Assembly: GCF_006345805.1 (NCBI RefSeq)
Contig: NC_042998.1
Location: 119,908,001 to 119,972,000, forward strand
Source: Octopus sinensis
Lineage: Eukaryota
Direction: 5' to 3'
DNA: 64,000 nt
Part shown: positions 1 through 11,330 of the stretch, in pieces
Layout: every line of letters begins with the position of its first letter
How positions within the stretch are numbered: the stretch's first letter is position 1
The notes under the pieces: model-generated
What the model was told of the DNA's origin: nothing
The model's input: the letters and a program-made list of their open reading frames with translations, nothing else
Database searches by the model: none
Program-made: the position numbers and the translations under genes

Positions 1-290
1 TCTCCCTCTCTCTATCTCTCACTTTGTCTTTCCCTTTTTTTTGTTTAGACGCCGTGATACTCTCTTCCACTTTATCTTATTTTTTTTTGTTAGATGCCAT
101 CAAAAAGCTATGGCTGATATTTTTTATGAACGTCATCACTTACTCTCTCTCTCCCTCTCTCACTTTGTCTTTCCCGTGAAACTCTCTGCCCCTCTTCCAC
201 TTTTCTTTATCTTATTATTTTTTATTAGACGCCGTCAAAAAGCTATGGCTGATATTTTTTATGGCTAAAAGCTATGGCTGAAAATAGAAT
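1..290 (+). repeat. ~135-140-bp tandem duplication with CT microsatellite
   Basis: CTCTCTCACTTTGTCTTTCC occurs twice. AAAAGCTATGGCTGA occurs three times (about 104, 238 and 268). Confidence 0.7.
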
Positions 291-648
291 TTTACTGCTA
301 TCCGCAGGTGCCTCGGGATAAAAATAAGGTGACAAAACCCAGATAGGGTGTTAACAAATGTCCTCCTAAAATTTGAGCAATATGCGTGCTAATTTGTGGA
401 TGTGCATAAATTACAATCACGTACACATACACACACATCATACCTTTTATAGATATGATTAAACGGCATTCTGACACCATTACTGGATTGATAGGGCAGT
501 AGCTGTGTACTATAAAAGGTCGCTCTCTCTCTCTCTCTTGTTATCTTAGTGTAACAATATTCTCTTGTCTTAAAATTATTCCAGATCGTCTACTAATCTG
601 TAGTCATCCAACATTTTCACATATAATATCTTCTATTCTTCCTTCAAG

Positions 649-1142
649 GTAACCCACTCTGTATTCAGACCAATCCAGCATTTTCCGTCGATAACATTGT
701 CCTTAATACTCCAGTCGCCACATTCCAGGATGAGATGAGTATAGAACTGGAAATTTTCAGTAACTTGCCAAGAGAAGTGTTCATCAGCCAGATATCTCTT
801 GGTTTCTCACATGAGGCCAGTGAAGGGAGTCAGAAGCGTAGTCTTTCCAGACAGCCTAGCTTATATGGAACTGTAGATGAACCTGTAATGAATTTCCAAA
901 CTATTAGACCTCAGTTGCCTTCCCAAATCAATGTTGTATCAGCCACTGATGTAAAACAAGAGAAATTGCAATCAAGCAGCATTATATGTACTAATACCAA
1001 TGAACTTTTGAAACGAGCTGATAGTATCCAAGGCTCTGTTTCTGATTCAATTTACAAACTGAACTACAAACTCAGTTTAACTGCCAAAGATGTATTAATA
1101 AAACCTGGTGTTAATCTAGTCACAGTAAAGAGTCAAGTTGAT
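649..1142 (+). CDS. TRAPPC10: TRAPPC10 (TRAPP II subunit, Trs130/TMEM1) internal exon A; the gene's 5' part lies upstream of the window
   Basis: Acceptor ttccttcaag|G at 648/649 and donor GAT|gtgagt at 1143. An in-frame alternative GT at 1137 would drop 2 aa. Translates GNPLCIQTNP...EIFSNLP...SSIICTNTNELLKRADS...DVLIKPGVNLVTVKSQVD, resembling vertebrate TRAPPC10 GIICRNVHMLLRRQES...VTLEPGANQITFRTQ as recalled. Confidence 0.88.
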
Positions 1143-1871
1143 GTGAGTTTCCTTATCAATTTTTATATATATCTAAACATGTTATGTATCCCTGGTAGTC
1201 AGTTATCTTAAGGGAAACAAATCCTTCTAGATTAAGTTAGATTGAGACAGGTGTGAAAGTTTCAAATTTAAATCAAATGATAAAAAAGATGTACAGAATG
1301 TACACATATCATATTTCTTTTTCCTACACATTATAAAAATCTTAGAATTTCTACTTTTTGCTAGCCATGGTATACATTTTTTAATGATTTGATCACAAGG
1401 AGAAGAGTAGCATCCCTGATTTCATTTCTCAGGGCTTCTTAGACTGAAATTTCTTCTAAGATCTAAGATTTCACTTGAATGCTTGCAATGTAGTGCACTT
1501 CACTAAAGACATGCAAAAGCCAGGTATTGGTATGAAACTGAGTGATGAATTAAATCTATCATGTAAGAGTAAGTACAGTTCATGCATGTCCATATCTGCA
1601 CATGTCAATGATCTTGGCCATATTAATTTTCTGAACCTCAAACTCTGGAGACCGACAAGAAATTACATTTTTAATAAATAAATATCTACAATATTCCATG
1701 AAATTGTTGATTAGTATCTTAAAATAGGTATTTAAATTAGCTTTTAGTTAACTGCTAATGCAATTAACTTCTATTGATTTTTAATGCATTTAATATTTGT
1801 TGTTGTTTTTCAAAAAGAAAAGCATTTTTTCGAATTTTGTCAATTAACATATTATGGAAAAAATTTTTCAG

Positions 1872-2019
1872 AGCTGTAAACGAGGACTATACAAGCTTGG
1901 TCAACTATGTATTGAAATGGGTCACTTGGAATTCATTCGCCACAACATGGCTAATAACATTTTTGTAGAAATAGTCTGCCAACAGCCTTTCTTTGAAGTA
2001 AGCCCAAGTGCTAAGATTG
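1872..2019 (+). CDS. TRAPPC10: TRAPPC10 exon B
   Basis: tttttcag|AGC...ATTG|gtaagt, phase 0 in and phase 1 out. Encodes SCKRGLYKLGQLCIEMGHLEF..., compare the GTYTLRQLCASVG motif. Confidence 0.88.
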
Positions 2020-2119
2020 GTAAGTTTACATATTCCTGTACCTATAAATCAAAATATGTAATTATGTTTTTATAGTTTAGTGATATCAGAAGCAAAGGTA
2101 AATGATAAAACTGAAGAAG

Positions 2120-2161
<42 letters not shown>

Positions 2162-2605
2162 TCATCATCATCATCATCATCTTTCCATGCTGGCATGGGT
2201 TAGATGGTTTGACAGGAGTTGGCCAGGCAGAAAAATTCACCATGCTTCATTGTCAGTTTTGGCATGGCTTTTACAGCTGGATGCCCTTCCTAACACTGAC
2301 CACTCTGCAGAGTGGACTGAATGCTTTTTACGTTGCACCAGCATAGGTGAGGTCAGTTTTGGCATGCTTTTACAGTGGAATGCTCTTCCAAACACCAACC
2401 GCTTTACAGTGTAGGCTGTATGTTTTTTTATGTGGCACCAGCACTAGCAGGGTCACCAAGTAACTTGCAAGACTAAGATTCTTTGAGAGGGCATGTGGCA
2501 TTGGAGGTGATGAAAGGTTAGAGAGTGATGTTGATTCATTTGATTAAAAATTCAAGGTGGTGCCCCAGTGTAGCTGTCACTTAATGACTGAAACAAGTAA
2601 AAGAT

Positions 2606-4030
2606 CCTCTATGCAGATGACCTTGCTCTAATTGCTGAGTCACTATCAGAACTAGAGGAGAAGTTTCAGATGTGGAAGCAAGGATTAGAATCGAAGAGCC
2701 TTAGAGTCAACCTAGCTAAAACCAAAGTCGTAATAAGTAGAAAGGCAGACAAACCACAAATCCCTTCAGGTAGATGACCCTGCTCGATCTGTAGAAAAGG
2801 TATAGGTAGAAACTCTATTAACCAGTGTAAGCTATGGACACATAAGAGGTGCAGCAATATCAAAGGAAGGCAAACTGGGAATATAGTTTTTGTATGTGGC
2901 AGATGCTCAGGAGCAATAAATACTGAAAATGTGCAGAGAACAACTTCTGCCACATTCCAGGGAGAAAAACTAGAAGTAGTTGACAGCTTCCATTACCTAG
3001 GTGACCAAGTCAGTAGCGGGGGTGGGTACTCTGAAAGTGTAGCTGCTAGAATAAGAATAGCCTGGGCAAAGTTCAGAGAGCTCCTACCTCTGCTGGTGAC
3101 AAAGGGCCTCTCGCTCAGAGTAAAAGGTAAATCGTATGATGCATGTGTACAAACAGCCATGCTACATGGCAGTGAAACATGGGCCGTGACTGCTGAGGAC
3201 ATGCATAAGCTTGCAAGGAATGAAGCTAGTATGCTCCACTGGATGTGTAATGTCAGTGTGCATACTCGACAGAGTGTAAGTGCCTTAAGAGAAATGTTGG
3301 ACCTAAGAAGCATCAGATGTGGTGTGCAAGAGAGACGACTGTGCTAGTATGATCATGTGGCGAGAATGGATGAGGATAGCTGTGTGAAAAAGTGTCACAC
3401 TCTAGTGGTTGTGGGAACCTGTGAAAGAGGTAGACCCAAGAAGACCTGGGAGGAGGTGGTGAAGCACGACCTTTGAACATTAGGCCTCACCGGGGCAATG
3501 ACTAGCGACCGAGACCCTTGGAAATATGCTGTGCTTGAGAAGACCCGGCAAGCCAAGTGAGACTATAACCCGTGGCCTATCCCAGTGGTGTAAGCAGCCC
3601 ACTTATGCATCCCTTTCCTTCATTGGACACTAAACTCTGCTTGCGAAGATCTGTTGAGGCAAGTGAAATCGAAATCAAATTCGATGGCAGCACCGCATGA
3701 CTGGCATCTGTGCTAGTGGAACGCTAAGAGAACCATTCGAGCATGATTGTTGCCCCGGCTGCTGACTGGCTCCCATGCTGGTGGCAGGTAAAAAGCACCA
3801 TTCAATGTCGCCTTACTGGCACTTGTGTCAGTGTCACATAAAAAATAACATTTGAGCGAGGTCGTTGCCAGTACTGCTGAACTGGCTCCTGTGCAGATGG
3901 CACATAAAAAATACCATTTGAGTGTGGCTGTTGCCAGTACCACCTGACTGGCCCTCATGCCAGTGGCACATAAAAGCACCCACTACACTCTTGAAGTAGT
4001 TGGTGTTCAGGAGGGCATCCAGCTGTAGAA
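2606..4030 (+). mobile_element. 5'-truncated RTE-clade LINE (RT C-terminal half + 3' UTR)
   Basis: Begins at LLYADD and runs through FRYLG-like 'SFHYLGD' and 'ARIRIAWAKFRELLP'. It has two in-frame stops and a 3' UTR with GTGGCACATAAAA repeats. Confidence 0.9.
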
Positions 4031-4419
4031 TATGTAACTTGTGTAGCTAATGTTGTTATAGGGATTGGAGTTGTGAAATACCTGATGTCATGAAGTAATT
4101 GCAATTATGTTAATTAGTCTTGTAACTAGATGGTAAAATAGGAATGTTTATTTATTAGTTTTCCTACAGTGTACACCACTTGCCAATTACATGCTGGCAG
4201 GCTACTGAGCTAATAATTCCAATCAGCAAGATCCAAACTAAATTATATACATTTTTATATATGAAAATGAGATAGATGTTTGCAAAAATTTTTGAGCAAT
4301 GTGAGTGAAGATTTGAGCAAAATGTGAAAGATTATATCAATAATTGAAAACAAAGAAAAAAGATATTGCATTCCCTTACATGAGTTGTTTAATGATTCTA
4401 TATATGTTACCAAAACAGA

Positions 4420-5340
4420 CTAGAATGCATTTTCTGGGATTCTTTGGTTTTCTTTCTTATATTTGACTAGGGGAATAAAAGGTGGTAATCGAATGGTGCG
4501 AGTTCTGGGCTGTAGGTAGGGTGAGGCAGCACTTGCAGCCTCTCAAGTTGCTCATGTTTGCATTTAGTTACATTGGCACTGTGTGTTGGGGCAGTGTCAT
4601 GTTGTTGGAGTGCATGTCTTCAACTGACCTATGCCAGATAGTGGGCTTTCAAAGCATCATATACTTACTGCAGTTGTTGAGCATAAAGGTTAGCATACAC
4701 AACATGATCATCTGGACAAGCTCAAAGTGCAACACCCCCTTAAAATACCACCAAAAACATAACATGACCTGTTTAAATCGTCCTTATTTGACAACAGGTC
4801 CCAAAGCCTGACCAGGATTATGGAAATAGATCCATTTTTCATTTCCAGTTGCAAGTCAACACTAAAACTGGGCACCTTTAGGATTTTCCAGCAGTTATTT
4901 GCAAATGTTCTCACATCAATGAGTCTGGTCATTTAGTTCATGAATAGATTTTTGAGAACATCTGTTCACAAAGTCAAGCTTAAGTAGATATCAGCTGATG
5001 GTCCTCTGTCAAGGACCAAGTTCTGCTGACAATCTATGAATGCTTGTGCTTGGCTGTTATTCGGCCATTTCAAGCAGAACCTCATCTTCCACAACAGAAG
5101 ATCTCTATGACCTTAGTTTGTCTTCAAGACTGTATTACCTTTCTTGAAACATCTGAACCAGTTTAATGCCACACTTTTGTTGACAGTTCCTGGGCCTTCA
5201 ACATCATTAATTTCTTTTGCTGCTGCTCTTGCATTCAGTCCTTTTTCTTTTCCACTGGTAGTGTAAAATGGCTTTAATTGCAATTTTTTAACCACTTATT
5301 ATCAAAGCTGTAAAATAAAGAATAAACTATTAATGCTTAT
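4420..5340 (-). mobile_element. Decayed mariner transposon
   Basis: HTH-like 'KGLNARAAAKEINDVEGPGTVNKSVALNWFRCFKKG' plus frameshifted downstream remnants. The ends are unclear. Confidence 0.65.
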
Positions 5341-5417
5341 ATGTTATATATGAAAATAAAAAATAAACAATTCAGCAATGATTGAACAATAAGTTGTATC
5401 AAAATTGATGATGATGA

Positions 5418-5465
<48 letters not shown>

Positions 5466-5585
5466 CAACACTGATATTATGTATAAATAGTCCCAGTATA
5501 AAGTAGGATAAATCACCAGCTACTCTTATCTCAGATACCTAGAATTTTATTAATTACAAATGCTAATGTTATGTTCTATTTTCAG

Positions 5586-5815
5586 GTGAGCTGATATCTG
5601 GAATAAAGCAAGATGTGGAATTAACTTTAAACACCTGTAGTATTCCTGTAACTGAAGGTAGTATTTTGAGTGTGAATACATCCTCAGGTCTATCAGCATT
5701 TTACAACGATGAGAGTATTGTGAAAATTCCCCTAGGAGCTGTCTCAGTAAACAGTAGTGTCACAATGAACTTACAACTCCAGCATATTCTTACCAAGGAC
5801 TCTGCTGAAGCAACT
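5586..5815 (+). CDS. TRAPPC10: TRAPPC10 exon C
   Basis: attttcag|GT...ACT|gtgagt, phase 1 in and phase 0 out. Encodes (G)ELISGIKQDVELTLNT..., compare LLAGIPQRVKFTVTT. Confidence 0.85.
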
Positions 5816-6039
5816 GTGAGTTCTGATTTATACAAAGCTTCTTTCAGTTTGGTTACCACATGAATAAATCAGTCATATTTGTTTTGTCCCTTGTTAGCAT
5901 TAATCAGATATATCTATAATCCAACATGATCAAATCAGGCTTTTTGTCTACTGTGTTTCTCCTTCTTCAAGACTGTATGTTGCTATTGGAAGATGATTTA
6001 ACTCCTTTTTGATTCAGTGTCATCAAGTTGTTTAGCTGC

Positions 6040-6480
6040 TTACTGCTGTTAAATATTGACTAACTGATGGTGCAATTGATAAACATTGAATAACTAATTT
6101 TACTGGAAGAGTAGTGTTATTAAATGACTACTTGATCAAGGAACAGTTTTGAAACTCTGGATAACCAGCAGTACAAAATACTGTAGTTTAACCATGTAGT
6201 GCAAAGTACTATTGTTAAACTGAATAATCAATGGTATAATTTACTGTTGATGACATGAGTTAACTTGTTGTTACAAGGCACTGTTGTTGAATCTTGAATA
6301 ACAGCAGTACAAAATAATGTTTTTAAATGTGATACATAGGGTACTGTTATTAAATCCTGACTAAACAGTTGTATAGGTTACTGCTGTTAAACACTGAATA
6401 ACTAATGATATGATATACTATTGTTAAACCCTGAACAACCGAGGATACAGTGTACTGTTGTTAAATCTTGAGTAAAATAT
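6040..6480 (+). repeat. Degenerate minisatellite, ~35-37-bp unit
   Basis: Recurrent TACTGTTGTTAAA..CTGAATAAC motif, about a dozen diverged copies. Confidence 0.6.
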
Positions 6481-7184
6481 CGCTGTCCACCTAGTGAACT
6501 GAAGTGATTCAACTCTTACATCATACTTTAAAATGTTTTTACATGTAGATTACAGTTTATTCATTGGTTACATTCCTACTCTCCTAACTGTTCATCTACT
6601 CAGTTTATTATAAACTTGTCTACTCATCCACATACTGACCTAGATTAGAATTGACATGAGATAAACAGATCACCAGGAAGGTCATTCTAACATTTTGGCA
6701 GAAAGTCTTCATTGTTTTTAGAGTTGTCTAATTACACCCAATCCATTGGTCAAAAGCTCTTTTGTCTAAATAATAACTATCTCATTAATCAAAGATTCAA
6801 AGCAAGTGACAAATTTTCTCATAATACAAAGGTAGTAACTAGGTATGGTAGTTGAATCTCTTCCCACCTTGTTGAGCATATTAAAACTATGTTTACAACT
6901 GTAAAAACAATGAAGATTTTCTACCAAAATGTTAGAATGACCTCCCTCCTGATCTGTTTATCTCATGTCAATTCTAATGTTGGCAAGTTTATAATTAAGT
7001 GAATATTGAACAGGTTGACAGGACAGTAGGAAGGTAAGTAATAGAATAAAATAGTTCTTTACAAAGATCCATTTACAATAAAATCTATAGGATGGCCATA
7101 GAGTTACAATGACATTGATTCATTTGACTCCATCCATCTACGAATATCAGAAGTCATATTAATTTCTGAAAAGTTTCAGTTTGC

Positions 7185-7224
<40 letters not shown>

Positions 7225-7259
7225 CACACACACACACACACACGCATACACACACATAC

Positions 7260-8460
7260 AGTGTTTGAAATAAATTTGATAGTTTGCATAAAAGGAAAAG
7301 AAAATAATATCCCTTCCAAAAACAAAAGTATTTTTTTAAAAATCAAAAAGTATCAACTACATTATGACTGAGAAATAACAGTTTACTCAAAGTAGTCGTC
7401 CTCAGCTCTCACCATGGCCTCAAGATGGCTCCAAAATCTAGTGCATGTGTTCCTCACTGTGTCCTTCGGAAGATCTTTGAACAGCTTCTTGATCTTGACC
7501 TCTAGCTTGGTGTGAAGTTGATGTCTTTCTCAAGTGCGCCCCATATATAATAATCCATGTGATTACAAACAGGGGAATTAGAATAAAGAGTAAAGATCCC
7601 CCTTCGGTTGCAAATGACCATGGGATTGCACCTAGAAAGTTACCCTCTGAGGCACAAGTCTGAGCAAGGTTGTTTATAGAAGATCAGCAGTTGCTCATGC
7701 ATATCATCCTCCCTTCTCCATGCCACCGTTGTTATCCAAAGGATAGGCAAAAGACCAATACAGTTTGGCACCAGTGATGTTGCAACTCATTTCTGCAGCT
7801 GAGTGAACTGGAGCAACATGAAATAAAGTGTCTTGTTCAAGAACACAACACACAATCCAGTCTGGGAATTGAACTCACTACCTCATAATTGCAAGCTGAT
7901 GCTCTAACCATTGACAGGAGAATTAGGAGTCAAAAAATTGGGGTTGGTGAAATTGTACGAATTTTCTGACAACCACATCTGACATTTTGCAGAGCTATGG
8001 TTAGGAGCTGAATCTTGCTGCCTCACATATGGCCTTCCAGCAGCAACCCTCTGCAGGCAGGGTTTGGCCATAGTCTCCATCAGTTTCACATAAGCATTTG
8101 TTCATTAGTTGTTAGATGAATACTGGCATGCAGATGCAGTCAGAATGTCTGCTGTGTCCCTTGCTGGCCACAGCCTTGTAGTCTTCATTGTAGCTGTCCC
8201 TGTCATCATGACACTGGTAAGTCTTTTCCAGTATTCAAATGGCTTCCAGTTCTCCATATCAGCTAAGTTTTTCTCAACTACAACTTTAATCTTTATGTTC
8301 TCTGATGCCATATATATATATATATATATATAGAAAACACATAGCAAGCATCCACAAGCCCTCAAGCAAACTGAGTCCTCAACTTGTTCTAAAAGGTTTG
8401 CAAGGCACCAGTAGGCCTCAAGAGACACATTTGTGTCCATAGAACATGATTAATGCTTTA
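7260..8460 (-). mobile_element. Decayed Tc1/mariner-superfamily transposon interrupted by a SINE
   Basis: 'QQDSAPNHSS..Q.WL...PNSP' (7904-8089) continues as 'MDYYIWGALEK...' below 7562. The two halves are separated by a SINE. Confidence 0.7.
7565..7908 (-). mobile_element. tRNA-derived SINE (family A)
   Basis: B-box-like GAGTTCAATTCCC in the head. Homologous to the copy at 43455-43800. Confidence 0.75.
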
Positions 8461-8499
8461 TTTTACTGAACCCTCATTTGTTGTTTACAACAAGAGAAT

Positions 8500-8535
<36 letters not shown>

Positions 8536-8539
<4 letters not shown>

Positions 8540-11080
8540 AGGTATGTAGAAAAATACAACATGGACAAGAACGTATAACTCATAGAAGACGATACAATAA
8601 ACATGGACAGGACATTCGAACCCCTCAGTCTTCAGTCAAGAACCGGATCATCGTAGTAATTTCGGCTGATTAATCTTGAGATTACTAGATCACGGCCAGC
8701 CCTCCAAGAAAAACTAAGCTGGAAGCGTAGATTTCCTGGAAGAAGGATCGAATGCATACGAACACCAGGACAGCAAAAGGACAGATATAAAAAAAACAAA
8801 AAACAATAATGGAAAGATATAAAAAAAAAAAAAACAATAATGGAGTACAGAAACATGAAATACAGAAGCATTAACGGTGAAAACAACAAGTGTCTTACGA
8901 CTGATAACAAGCAAACAAATTTTTTCTCTGGCGCATTGGAAAAAGCCTTTATAGCGGCGGACGAAGAACAACGATGTTAACACGACGAGGGTCAGGAGCT
9001 GAAAGGCAGATTTCGGCCAACAGTCACGTGACAGAGAAGAGGGAAAAGAAAAGAAAGAGAGAGAGAGAGAGAGAAAAGGGGGACAAAACGCAACAAAGAG
9101 AGAGAAGAGAGAGAAAGAAGGAATCAGAGAGGAGAAGGGATGGGTGTCGAAGAATGACCTGTGAGTGCAGAGCGAGACAAAGAATAGGAGGGTAGTGGAA
9201 GACTAAACCAAGGATCAGAGGAAAGAGAAGATGAATAGAGAGAAAGTAAAAATGAGAGAGAGAGAGAGACAACAGAGAGTCGTACCAATTATTAAGAATA
9301 TGTGTTCACATTAATGATAAAGGGGGTACGGGGCGCCTGGAATATATGTTAAGGTATGTAGAAAAATACAACATGGACAAGAACGTATAACTCATAGAAG
9401 ACGATACAATAAACATGGACAGGACATTCGAACCCCTCAGTCTTCAGTCAAGAACCGGATCATCGTAGTAATTTCGGCTGATTAATCTTGAGATTACTAG
9501 ATCACGGCCAGCCCTCCAAGAAAAACTAAGCTGGAAGCGTAGATTTCCTGGAAGAAGGATCGAATGCATACGAACACCAGGACAGCAAAAGGGACAGATA
9601 TAAAAAAAACAAAAAACAATAATGGAAAGATATAAAAAAAACAAAAAACAATAATGGAGTACAGAAACATGAAATACAGAAGCATTAACGGTGAAAACAA
9701 CAAGTGTCTTACGACTGATAACAAGCAAACAAATTTTTTCTCTGGCGCATTGGAAAAAGCCTTTATAGCGGCGGACGAAGAACAACGATGTTAACACGAC
9801 GAGGGTCAGGAGCTGAAAGGCAGATTTCGGCCAACAGTCACGTGACAGAGAAGAGGGAAAAGAAAAGAAAGAGAGAGAGAGAAAAGGGGGACAAAACGCA
9901 ACAAAGAGAGAGAAGAGAGAGAAAGAAGGAATCAGAGAGGAGAAGGGATGGGTGTCGAAGAATGACCTGTGAGTGCAGAGCGAGACAAAGAAATAGGAGG
10001 GTAGTGGAAGACTAAACCAAAGGATCAGAGGAAAGAGAATGAATAGAGAGAAAGTAAAAATGAGAGAGAGAGAGAGACAAACAGAGAGTCGTACCAATTA
10101 TTAAGAATATGTGTTCACATTAATGATAAAGGGGGTACAGGGCGCCTGGAATATATGTTAAGGTATGTAGAAAAATACAACATGGACAAGAACGTATAAC
10201 TCATAGAAGACGATACAATAAACATGGACAGGACATTCGAACCCCTCAGTCTTCAGTCAAGAACCGGATCATCGTAGTAATTTCGGCTGATTAATCTTGA
10301 GATTACTAGATCACGGCCAGCCCTCCAAGAAAACTAAGCTGGAAGCGTAGATTTCCTGGAAGAAGGATCGAATGCATACGAACACCAGGACAGCAAAGGG
10401 ACAGATATAAAAAAAACAAAAAACAATAATGGAAAGATATAAAAAAAACAAAAAACAATAATGGAGTACAGAAACATGAAATACAGAAGCATTAACGGTG
10501 AAAACAACAAGTGTCTTACGACTGATAACAAGCAAACAAATTTTTTCTCTGGCGCATTGGAAAAAGCCTTTATAGCGGCGGACGAAGAACAACGATGTTA
10601 ACACGACGAGGGTCAGGAGCTGAAAGGCAGATTTCGGCCAACAGTCACGTGACAGAGAAGAGGGAAAAGAAAAGAAAGAGAGAGAGAGAAAAGGGGAACA
10701 AAACGCAACAAAGAGAGAGAAGAGAGAGAAAGAAGGAATCAGAGAGGAGAAGGGATGGGTGTCGAAGAATGACCTGTGAGTGCAGAGCGAGACAAAGAAA
10801 TAGGAGGGTAGTGGAAGACTAAACCAAAGGATCAGAGGAAAGAGAAGATGAATAGAGAGAAAGTAAAAATGAGAGAAGAGAGAGACAAACAGAGAGTCGT
10901 ACCAATTATTAAGAATATGTGTTCACATTAATGATAAAGGGGGTACGGGGCGCCTGGAATATATGTTAAGGTATGTAGAAAAATACAACATGGACAAGAA
11001 CGTATAACTCATAGAAGACGATACAATAAACATGGACAGGACATTCGAACCCCTCAGTCTTCAGTCAAGAACCGGATCAT
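8536..11080 (-). mobile_element. Tandem array of ~810-bp non-coding units (3 full + 116 bp); candidate Penelope-like/retrozyme element
   Basis: Units start at 8536, 9348, 10157 and 10965 (periods 812, 809, 808) and differ almost only in homopolymer or dinucleotide length. The array is flanked by (TA)n and (CA)n, with ATCATATA at 8502 and 11076. Confidence 0.75.
8619..8687 (-). ncRNA. Candidate rearranged hammerhead ribozyme (repeated at ~9431-9499 and ~10240-10308, partial at 11048-11080)
   Basis: The - strand reads UAGUAA-UC-UCAAGA-uuaa-UCAGCC-GAAA-UUACUA-cgaugauccggu-UCUUGA-CUGAAGA-CUGAGGGGUU. Stem III is 7 bp and stem I is 6 bp, both perfect. The cleavage triplet is AUC and stem II is non-canonical. 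Confidence 0.55.
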
Positions 11081-11084
11081 ATAC

Positions 11085-11121
<37 letters not shown>

Positions 11122-11229
11122 TACACACATATAATGTGATCTTCATGTAGTTTTGTGTATTATCATATACTATCTTCACACATTATATACTCATTTCACA
11201 TTTTGATATGTCTCTATCTTAATTTCCAG

Positions 11230-11330
11230 TTAACATTTGAAAGTTCATTCTTGCACTATCCCATTAGCTGCCATGTGACATTCTATCCACCTTTGCAGTT
11301 TTCTCATAAAGTCTTCTCCTGTCAAGAGAG
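11230..11330 (+). CDS. TRAPPC10: TRAPPC10 exon D (not in the ORF track)
   Basis: tttccag|TTA...AG|gtaagc, 101 nt, phase 0 in and phase 2 out. Encodes LTFESSFLHYPISCHVTFYPPLQFSHKVFSCQE(R). Confidence 0.85.

Noticed and set aside
1992-2003. Alternative GTAAGC donor at 1998 in TRAPPC10 exon B
   Set aside because: It is phase 0 and incompatible with the phase-1 next exon. The donor at 2020 keeps the frame.
8608-8641. Conventional type I hammerhead starting at CUGAAGA
   Set aside because: The downstream motif is GAAU rather than GAAA and no stem III follows. Only the rearranged pairing satisfies stems I and III.
9444-10097. 217-aa ORF, and the repeated 65-97-aa ORFs, inside the tandem array
   Set aside because: Low-complexity Phe/Leu/Ser or Arg/Glu translations of CT/GA tracts. 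The frame changes between near-identical units and there are no RT or GIY-YIG motifs.
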